Source: Pseudomonadota bacterium (lineage in GTDB: Bacteria > Bdellovibrionota_B > Oligoflexia > Oligoflexales > CAIYRB01). From it: 13,616 nt of DNA. The stretch covers positions 1-13,616 of the forward strand of contig JANOTL010000103.1 in NCBI GenBank assembly GCA_031416315.1, written 5' to 3'. Positions 7,059 to 13,616 of the stretch are shown in pieces. The position numbers were made by a program, and so were the translations under genes. Numbering within the stretch: the first letter of the stretch is position 1; the number at the start of each line of letters is the position of its first letter. Under the pieces are notes generated by a model. That model made no database searches and was not told the origin of the DNA. It saw nothing but the letters and a program-made list of their open reading frames with translations.

Positions 7059-8189
7059 TCAAAACCCCGCGCTCAGAGAGAACATGTAGAGTCGCCGCGG
7101 ATCGGCGCCAGGATGGTCGCCGAGCTCGCGGGTGTAGGCGGTTCCCGCGAGGCGCACGAGGATCAAGTCGATCTCCGCGCCGTAGGAGGGATAGCCGTTG
7201 TAGTAGCCGGCGGAGACGCCGACGTAGGTACGGATCAGGACCTTGGTCCCCGCGTAGACCTTCTTGAAGAGCTCCTCGCCGTAGGAATTGCCGATGTCCC
7301 TGTAGTCGACCGCCATGTGGATCGCGTCCGAGCCGGTGTGCAGGGTGAGGCCCACGCCCGCGCTCTGAACTTGCTTAAACTCGGTCGGGCTCTCCGCGGC
7401 GCCTTTCAAGGACGTGCTTCCGAGGTCGTCGACCTTCGCGGCGACGGAGAAGTCGACGTGATGTCCTTGCAGCAGGAGCACAGCACCCGCGTCGATGCCG
7501 ACGCCGGTATTGTGGCTCGTCAGATCTTGCACCAGATCCTGGTTCTGAAACGCCGCGATCGACTCGGTGTCCGTAATCTCGACGGAGATCGTCGGCTCGG
7601 CGGCGTACAAATATTTGCCCGTGACGCCGACCGACAGCGCCTTCCACGGCGTGCGCAGCGCCGTCCCGACGCCGACGCCGTGATAGCTCTCCGCCTCGAA
7701 GCGCACCTCCGGCAAGCCGGTCGGGCCGTAGGCGCGGGCGCGGATGTCGGGCTCGAAGCGGCTGAAGACGCTGACGCCGAAGTTGCTCGTCACCAGGGCG
7801 AGGGAAAAGCCCCAGCCGACGCGCACGGGATCCTTGAAGACCTTGTCGATGAAGGCTTGGGTTTCCGCCGCTTGTTCCGCCTCGGTCGCCTCGGTCGCTT
7901 CGCCGCCGCCTTGCGCTTTCTTGAAGATCGACTGCGCCGTCCCGACCGACTCCTTGTTCGCGAGCACGGATATCGTGCTCCCGAGCCAGCGGAACAGGCC
8001 GCCGCCTTGGGGCATCAGGGCGGGGTTCGCGAAGATGCGGCCGTCCTTGCTCGCCCGGGTCAGCGAGGCTCCGCCCGCCCCGAGGTCGAAGGGGTCCTCG
8101 TAGACCGCCTGGTTGGTCTTCCGCGCCACGGCCGGAGTGGCCCCCGCGAGCCCGAAGACCAGTCCCAGAATTTGCCAACGACGACGCAA
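7059..8189 (-). CDS. Outer-membrane beta-barrel protein, TraF-like (PF13729)/FadL-like superfamily, 376 aa
   Basis: TTG start with a GGAGG RBS and a signal peptide ending near AVA. It has an N-terminal LGAGGA...IFANPA motif, amphipathic strands (LSVGVTGKYLY, GVGIDAG, SAGVG, VYAG, SAGYYNGYPSYG) and a C-terminal Phe (SLSAGF). Confidence 0.8.
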   Translation of the reverse strand: MRRRWQILGLVFGLAGATPAVARKTNQAVYEDPFDLGAGGASLTRASKDGRIFANPALMPQGGGLFRWLGSTISVLANKESVGTAQSIFKKAQGGGEATEATEAEQAAETQAFIDKVFKDPVRVGWGFSLALVTSNFGVSVFSRFEPDIRARAYGPTGLPEVRFEAESYHGVGVGTALRTPWKALSVGVTGKYLYAAEPTISVEITDTESIAAFQNQDLVQDLTSHNTGVGIDAGAVLLLQGHHVDFSVAAKVDDLGSTSLKGAAESPTEFKQVQSAGVGLTLHTGSDAIHMAVDYRDIGNSYGEELFKKVYAGTKVLIRTYVGVSAGYYNGYPSYGAEIDLILVRLAGTAYTRELGDHPGADPRRLYMFSLSAGF

Positions 8190-8251
8190 GGCTAGACCTC
8201 CCCGAGCCCCTCCCCTCTCCTTTCGTCCGGCCCCGCCCGAGGCCTGAGGCT

Positions 8252-8288
8252 GGGCATAATTTGCCCGGTGATTTCAGGATGATACAGT
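8252..8288 (+). promoter_or_regulatory. Putative sigma70 promoter for the PilZ gene run, with an overlapping dyad
   Basis: TTGCCC (8261-8266)-N16-TACAGT (8283-8288) with an extended -10 TG at 8280-8281. A dyad GGGCA-N5-TGCCC (8252-8266) lies in the divergent intergenic region. Confidence 0.4.
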
Positions 8289-8345
8289 TTGTGGGAGAAT
8301 GGCCGAAGAGGCTTGGTGGGCCCATCACGAGAGGTTTCCACGCCG

Positions 8346-9119
8346 ATGTTTCGACTCTTCCTCCGCAAAAAGCTCTTCTCCGGCGACGTCGCGACGACGC
8401 CCGAGGCGAACGCCGCGCCCGCCAACACGGTGGCTCCGAAACGCGATCGGCGCGTTTTCGCGCGCTACAACATCGACCACAAGCACCTGACGCTGATGAA
8501 CGAGCAGGACATCCTCCTCGTCCGCGAGGTGTCGGCGAAAGGCTTCTCGACCGAGGTCAGCGCGCGCGGCTTCGAGCGCCTCACCATCGGCGACATCTAT
8601 GAGGCGCGTGTCCGCTACCTCGGCGAGGTCTACGACATGCAGGCTAAGGTCATCTGGAAGCACGACACGATCGTCGGCTTCGAGATCGTCCAGGCCTCGC
8701 GCGAGACCCTCACCTTTCTCAAGCGGCTCCTCCGCCCGATCGAGATCGCATGGTCCCTCGCACCGGTCGAAGCCGCATTCATGAAGGACGCGCCCGAAGG
8801 GCAAAGCTCGAAGCAGTGGTTCCACGGCGACAACGAAACGGACCTCTACGTTTGGCACGACGCCGACACGAACGACGTCACCGCCTGGCAGCTGGCGAGC
8901 GGTGAGACCTACGTCGAGTGGAACGCCTCCCGTGGACTGACGACCGGCGCCGTGGTGTCGGTGAAGGGTCGGGAGTCGCTCATGGGCGCCAACCTGCAGG
9001 GCCTGACCCACAAGGCGGATTCCAAGCCGGACGACAAGAAGCGCCAGTTCGCGGTCGACGTGATCATGGCGCTGCAGGACAAGGTCCGCGAAGACATCCT
9101 GGAAACCTTCACGAGTTGA
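8346..9119 (+). CDS. PilZ domain-containing protein with an unknown C-terminal domain, 257 aa
   Basis: An RxxxR motif (DRRVFAR) and a [D/N]xSxxG-like motif (EVSAKG) are followed by PilZ strands ending KVIW...VGFEI. ATG 8346 is preceded by GAGGT (8331-8335). Confidence 0.78.
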   Translation: MFRLFLRKKLFSGDVATTPEANAAPANTVAPKRDRRVFARYNIDHKHLTLMNEQDILLVREVSAKGFSTEVSARGFERLTIGDIYEARVRYLGEVYDMQAKVIWKHDTIVGFEIVQASRETLTFLKRLLRPIEIAWSLAPVEAAFMKDAPEGQSSKQWFHGDNETDLYVWHDADTNDVTAWQLASGETYVEWNASRGLTTGAVVSVKGRESLMGANLQGLTHKADSKPDDKKRQFAVDVIMALQDKVREDILETFTS

Positions 9120-9130
9120 CGGGTGGTGGC

Positions 9131-9442
9131 ATGGGTCTTCGCATCATCGGCAGGACCTCCCTGGACGGACCGCGGGAAATCACCGAGACGGAGCGTCTCA
9201 CGGCCCTCGAGGCCGTGGCCGACGACTGGGTCAAGGCCCGTACCAATGCCGGCGACGCCCCCGAGGCAGGCGACCGGGACGCAATCCTCGCCCGTTACAG
9301 GCGCTTGCGTCCGACCCTGGGCTCACCCGAAGTGATCATGGACAAAGCCAACGGGATCCGGCAATCGATCCTTGGGCGTAGTCAAGTGAGCGCGCTCCCG
9401 CACGAGCGCGTGGACGTGGCCACCCTGCTCGAGCTGCTCTAA
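9131..9442 (+). CDS. Hypothetical protein, 103 aa
   Basis: ATG 9131 with GGTGG upstream, 11 nt after the PilZ stop. It fills the operon gap (MGLRIIGRTSLDGPRE...LLELL). Confidence 0.65.
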   Translation: MGLRIIGRTSLDGPREITETERLTALEAVADDWVKARTNAGDAPEAGDRDAILARYRRLRPTLGSPEVIMDKANGIRQSILGRSQVSALPHERVDVATLLELL

Positions 9443-9471
9443 GAAGCCGCAGCCCCAGGGATCCAGTCTGC

Positions 9472-9954
9472 ATGGTCGACGAGTTCAAGACGATCAAAGA
9501 GAACTTCTTCAAGGTCCTGTCCGGCGCCATCGTCGGCGTGACGACCGCGGGATCCGCCGCCATGAACGACGACGTCGCGGGCGATGACGACGACACGGCG
9601 CGCGCCCGCCTGATCGACGCGAATGCCGCGAGGGCTCTGCTGGCAGCCGTGTTCGCGCGCGCCGGTAAGGGCAAGGACGAGGTCGTGCAGGTCGCGGCCC
9701 GCGAGATCGGCGTCGCCATCGCCGCCATGTTGAAAGAGCCGCTCAGCGCGCTCGCGAAGCATCACCGCCTGCAGATCTCGCTCTCCTTCGAGCTGGTCCC
9801 GAAAGCGGGGCACGAAAAGGAGGCCGCCGCCGAAGCGGAGGCCGACGCCAGGGCCGCGTCGCCGAAGGCGCCGAGGACGGCGGCCGCGAAGAAAAAGTCG
9901 AGCGCGCGCAAGGGCCAGCAGGTCAAGGCCGCGCAGGTTCGCCGCCGCAGATGA
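9472..9954 (+). CDS. Hypothetical protein with an amphipathic helical core and a Lys/Ala/Arg-rich tail, 160 aa
   Basis: Co-oriented ORF whose stop overlaps the next start (ATGA, 9951-9954). Confidence 0.75.
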   Translation: MVDEFKTIKENFFKVLSGAIVGVTTAGSAAMNDDVAGDDDDTARARLIDANAARALLAAVFARAGKGKDEVVQVAAREIGVAIAAMLKEPLSALAKHHRLQISLSFELVPKAGHEKEAAAEAEADARAASPKAPRTAAAKKKSSARKGQQVKAAQVRRRR

Positions 9955-11231
9955 CGGACGATCCGGTCGAGCTCACCGTCGAAGGCATGGCCTTCGGCGG
10001 CAAAGGCGTCGCGCGGCGCGAGGGCAAAGTTTACTTCGTGATGGACACGGTTCCGGGCGACGAGATCCTCGCGCTCGTGACCAAGGATGAAGCGCGCTAC
10101 GCCGAAGCGGAGCTGGTCGAGCTCAAGAAGGCGAGTCCTCTGCGCGGTCCTTCTCAGTGTTCCGTCGCGCACGAGTGCGGCGGCTGTCAGTGGATGGGCG
10201 TGCCCTATGCGTCGCAGCTCGAATGGAAGCGCAGCTTCGTCCAATCGGCGCTTTCTCGCATCGGCAAGCTCAAGGAAGGCGTCACCGTCGCCATGCGACC
10301 CGCGCCCGACCTGTACGCCTACCGCAATCGCATTCTGCTGCGGTTTCATTGGGATCCGGCGATCGGGCAACGGGCGGGATACTTCAAGCGTCGCACGCGC
10401 GAGCTCGTCCCGATCACTCATTGTCCCATCGCGGCGCCCGTCGTCAACCGCGTCGTCGCCGCCATCGATTCGCTCGATCTCAGCGCCGTTCCCGCCTTCA
10501 AGGCCCGCATCGAGATCCAGGAGATTCCGGCAGGACAGGTGGCCTGCGTCGTCTTTCCCGCCGAAGGCTTAGACAAGGGCTCCAAGCTTTTGGTCGAGCG
10601 TCTCCGCGCGTTACCGGAAGTGTCGTGGGCAGGCCTTGTTTTCGATTTACGTGAAGCCCCCATCCTCGCGTTCGATTCACAGCTCGGGGTCGACTTCAAG
10701 ACGCGGCCAGGGCAGTTCCAGCAGATCAACATGGCGATGAATCGCGTCCTGCGCGAGCTCGTGCATGAGCGTGTCGTCGCGCGCGATCCACAGCGCATCC
10801 TCGACGTCTGCTGCGGCAGCGGCAACCTTTCCTTGCCGCTCGCCGACGGCAAGCGCTACGTCGAAGGCGTCGAGATGAACAAGCAGGCGATCGACGTAGC
10901 AAAGGATACGGCAGCCGCGCAGGGGCGCCAGAATACGCTCTACATCGCCGGCGACGCTGAGCGGCATCTTTGGAAATGCGATCGCGCGGGGGAGAAATTC
11001 GACCTCGTCATCCTCGACCCGCCGCGGACGGGGATGTTCAAGGGAATGGTGCCGCTGCGCAACATCGGCCCTCAGCACATCCTCTACGTTAGCTGCGATC
11101 CCACGACGCTAGCCCGCGACCTCGGCTACCTGACCCGCAACGACACGTACGAGGTGGATGAAGTCATCGCTTTCGACTTTTTCCCAAACACCTACCATGT
11201 CGAAACCTTGGCAGTGCTCAGGAAGCGCTGA
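9951..11231 (+). CDS. rlmD: 23S rRNA (uracil-C5)-methyltransferase, RlmD/RumA (TrmA family) with TRAM domain, 426 aa
   Basis: TRAM N-terminus (GG.GVAR..GKVYFV...PGD), Fe-S motif CSVAHECGGC...C, YRNR, FQQIN, SAM motif DVCCGSG, DPPR.G, catalytic YVSCDP and FFPNTYHVE. Confidence 0.9.
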   Translation: MTDDPVELTVEGMAFGGKGVARREGKVYFVMDTVPGDEILALVTKDEARYAEAELVELKKASPLRGPSQCSVAHECGGCQWMGVPYASQLEWKRSFVQSALSRIGKLKEGVTVAMRPAPDLYAYRNRILLRFHWDPAIGQRAGYFKRRTRELVPITHCPIAAPVVNRVVAAIDSLDLSAVPAFKARIEIQEIPAGQVACVVFPAEGLDKGSKLLVERLRALPEVSWAGLVFDLREAPILAFDSQLGVDFKTRPGQFQQINMAMNRVLRELVHERVVARDPQRILDVCCGSGNLSLPLADGKRYVEGVEMNKQAIDVAKDTAAAQGRQNTLYIAGDAERHLWKCDRAGEKFDLVILDPPRTGMFKGMVPLRNIGPQHILYVSCDPTTLARDLGYLTRNDTYEVDEVIAFDFFPNTYHVETLAVLRKR

Positions 11232-11251
11232 GGCGGTGCCGAAACATCGGT

Positions 11252-11989
11252 ATGCCTCGCGTCACACATCTCTTGGCGGCCCTCCTCGCGGCCCTCAGCC
11301 TCTCGGCGCGTGCGGAGTCCGTGCACGACGCGCAGCTGAAGCTCACCTACTCCGTCCCCGACGCTTGGAAGGAGGGGCGGACGATCGACGGCAAGAAGTT
11401 CGAGGCGCTGATCCGCAAGGCTTTCGGCGGCAAGCTGCCCGCGCCCGTCACCTATACGGGGGCGCGTTTCTCCCCGAACGGCGAGACCTACATCGCGACG
11501 TGGTTCATGAAGGTCGCGACGCCGATCACGAAGCTCGACCTCAGCGGCGGCGCGGGCTCGACGCTGCTTAGCGCCTTCGGCGTCTCGAACTTCAAGCTCG
11601 ACCGCAACCGCCTGCTCGGCGTCGCGGACCTGCCGGCCGTCACCGGCATCAAGAACAAGATGATCGTGCAGTTCTTGAAGGGGCAGTATTCCTACATCGG
11701 CTTCTATTACAAAGATAAGGCCAAGCTCGGTGACTTCGACGTGGTGCGCAAGTCGGTGGTCGTGGACGTCGCTTCGCGCCTCAGCTGGAAGACCTTGCCC
11801 AAGGGAAGCGGCGGCATCCTCGCGGCCATGGCCCGCGGCGCCCTGATCGGCGGCGTCCTCGGCGGTTTGGGGGCTCTCGGTTGGTGGTGGTTCGTGTATC
11901 GTAAGAAGCAGCAACAGCAACAGCAGCAGCAGACCGCGGACGCCAACTCGGTCGCGGCCGAGATCGAAGACCACGGCGCCGCCGCCTAA
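11252..11989 (+). CDS. Exported protein with a C-terminal membrane anchor and a poly-Gln tail, 245 aa
   Basis: The signal peptide ends in ARA. A Gly-rich TM segment (GALIGGVLGGLGALGWWWFVY) is followed by RKK, Q8 and an acidic end. Confidence 0.78.
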   Translation: MPRVTHLLAALLAALSLSARAESVHDAQLKLTYSVPDAWKEGRTIDGKKFEALIRKAFGGKLPAPVTYTGARFSPNGETYIATWFMKVATPITKLDLSGGAGSTLLSAFGVSNFKLDRNRLLGVADLPAVTGIKNKMIVQFLKGQYSYIGFYYKDKAKLGDFDVVRKSVVVDVASRLSWKTLPKGSGGILAAMARGALIGGVLGGLGALGWWWFVYRKKQQQQQQQQTADANSVAAEIEDHGAAA

Positions 11990-12017
11990 TAAGGGGCGGT
12001 TTGGGATTGGAGCGACG

Positions 12018-13100
12018 ATGTCCACCTACGAGATGCTCTGGGACTGTCAGTACTGCAATACGAAGAAGCTCCTGGGCAAAACGCATCGCTTCTGCCCTTG
12101 CTGCGGCGCGGCGCAAAACGCCGACAAGCGCTACTTCCCGCCGGACTCCGAGCGCGTCGCGGTCGAGAACCACGTGTTCGTCGGCAAAGATCGCGCCTGC
12201 GGTCGCTGCAAGGCGCTTATGGCGGCGAACGCGCAATTCTGCGGCAGCTGCGGTTCCGGGATGGATCTTGCGGCCAAAGAAGTGAATCTCGTCGACGAGA
12301 ACGCGGTCCGCGATCTTGGACTGGCGCCGAAACGTCCGTCGGATCGAGTGGATCCGACGGCGCCACCGCTGCTGGCCAAGCCCGGCATGAGCCGCAAGCT
12401 CAAGCTGATCCTGGGCGGCGTCGCCTTCGCCTTGATTGCCGTGATCGGCGTCTTCGTCTTGGACGGTGTCCTGGCGAAGCCGATCACCGTCACGGTGAAG
12501 GACCGCACGTGGGAGCGCGTCATCGTCGTCGAGCAGCTCAAGGTCGAGCGCGACGGCGCCTGGTGCGACAACAAGCCCTCGGACGCTTACGACGTCCTGC
12601 GCTCGATGAAGGCCAAGTCCGTGCGCACGGCCGACGGCCAGACCTGCCGTGACGTCAAGAGCGACAGCGGCGACGGCACGTTCAAGGTCAGCCAAAAGTG
12701 CGAGACGAAGTACGTCGACAGGCAGGTACAGACCGCCTACTGCGATTTCAAGGTCGATAGGTGGCGCCATGCGCGCGACGTCGCCATGAGCTCGAAGAAG
12801 GGCAACGGTCCCGAGCCGAAGTGGCCCGACGTAGAGCTCCCGCCCGCGCGCAACCGCCCGGGCGACGAGCGGATCGCCTCGAAGAAGGAGATCTACGAGG
12901 TAGCCGTGACGGCGCAGCTCTCCGACGGCAAGCCGGCCGAAGAGAAGACCTGCGACGTGCCGCTCGAAGCCTGGAAGAAACTTGCGCCCGGCGGCAACGC
13001 CGCCGCGAAAAAGGGCGGCGTGTTCGGCGGCATCGACTGCAAGGCGTTGGCTTCGGCCGCCACCGCGAGTCCGGCGGACGGCACGAAGACCGCGCGTTAG
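12018..13100 (+). CDS. Double zinc-ribbon bitopic membrane protein, 360 aa
   Basis: GGAG RBS. Four CxxC motifs (CQYC, CPCC, CGRC, CGSC), a single TM helix (LILGGVAFALIAVIGVFVL) and a C-terminal beta-rich domain with 6 Cys. Confidence 0.82.
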   Translation: MSTYEMLWDCQYCNTKKLLGKTHRFCPCCGAAQNADKRYFPPDSERVAVENHVFVGKDRACGRCKALMAANAQFCGSCGSGMDLAAKEVNLVDENAVRDLGLAPKRPSDRVDPTAPPLLAKPGMSRKLKLILGGVAFALIAVIGVFVLDGVLAKPITVTVKDRTWERVIVVEQLKVERDGAWCDNKPSDAYDVLRSMKAKSVRTADGQTCRDVKSDSGDGTFKVSQKCETKYVDRQVQTAYCDFKVDRWRHARDVAMSSKKGNGPEPKWPDVELPPARNRPGDERIASKKEIYEVAVTAQLSDGKPAEEKTCDVPLEAWKKLAPGGNAAAKKGGVFGGIDCKALASAATASPADGTKTAR

Positions 13101-13103
13101 TCC

Positions 13104-13616
13104 CTAGAAGAAGAAGCGCATGCCGAGCTTGTCGTCGTAGCTGACGCCGGCGCCTCTGAAGCGGCTCCACTCGAGGCCATTTCCGGCCTTGATTGCATCG
13201 AAGGTCGCCTGCGGCGGCGGGTTGTTGCCGCCCGCAGTCAGCCCGAGATCCTTGAGCTCGATGCGGCCAGTCGGCTGCTTGGGGACGCCGAGGCCGATCT
13301 CGTGGTCGGCGTCGTCGAGATGCAGCGAGATGAAGCCGCCTTCTCCTTTGATGATCAGGCGCAGCTCCTCCTCGGTCGCAGGGACCCAGCCGGACTCGCC
13401 TTTGCGAAGGTACTTGTACTCAATCGCTTTCAGGGCCTCCGCCTCGACCACGTACTTCACGAGCAGGATCAGGAAGCCTTTGCCAGCGCTGAAGTCGGAG
13501 ACCTGCACGTTGGTCCAAGTAAACGTCTTGCCGCCGGCCTCGAGCTTATAGGTGCCCTCCGGAGGCGAGGCAACTTCGATGCCGAGCTGGTAGCGGCCAT
13601 ACGTCGGATCGACCGT
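13104..13616 (-). CDS. Hypothetical protein, C-terminal part (5' end beyond the window)
   Basis: The frame is open from 13616 (TVDPTYGRYQLGIEVASPPEGTYKLEAGGKTFTWTNVQV...) to TAG at 13104-13106. It is convergent with the zinc-ribbon gene, with a 3-nt gap. Confidence 0.7.
   Translation of the reverse strand, partial: TVDPTYGRYQLGIEVASPPEGTYKLEAGGKTFTWTNVQVSDFSAGKGFLILLVKYVVEAEALKAIEYKYLRKGESGWVPATEEELRLIIKGEGGFISLHLDDADHEIGLGVPKQPTGRIELKDLGLTAGGNNPPPQATFDAIKAGNGLEWSRFRGAGVSYDDKLGMRFFF

Noticed and set aside
7879..7896. 9-bp tandem repeat (GCCTCGGTC)x2
   Set aside because: An in-frame low-complexity loop (EATEAT) in the barrel; not an array or mobile feature.
7059..8189. Conjugative element implied by a TraF-like label
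   Set aside because: No relaxase, T4SS, integrase or att-like sites in the window, and composition matches the flanking genes.
8251..8264. Sigma54-like TGGGCA...TTGC
   Set aside because: The GG-to-GC spacing is 9 nt or less, not the required 10.
8289..8345. Upstream GTG start for the PilZ gene
   Set aside because: It abuts the predicted -10 element, whereas ATG 8346 has a plausible RBS.

Overview
GC-rich (roughly two-thirds G+C by eye), gene-dense bacterial chromosomal window. Its many lipoproteins, TraF/FadL-like barrel, DUF1554-like domain and PilZ protein suggest Bdellovibrionota (Oligoflexia) or a related deltaproteobacterial lineage (inference only). Left to right: (1) the 3' end of a DUF1554-like gene; (2) three co-oriented minus-strand lipoprotein genes: a thermonuclease, a two-HxK phospholipase D/Nuc-superfamily enzyme, and a Cys-rich 587-aa unknown with a possible degenerate ADP-ribosyltransferase-like fold, with a very AT-rich repeat-structured spacer upstream of the nuclease; (3) a YheT-like alpha/beta hydrolase; (4) an outer-membrane beta-barrel plus helical lipoprotein pair; (5) a six-gene plus-strand run: PilZ protein, two small hypotheticals, an RlmD/TrmA-family RNA methyltransferase, a membrane-anchored protein and a double zinc-ribbon membrane protein; (6) a partial convergent gene. 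No rRNA, tRNA, CRISPR array or mobile element was seen. The best candidate for an undescribed system is the lipoprotein enzyme trio at 587-5121.
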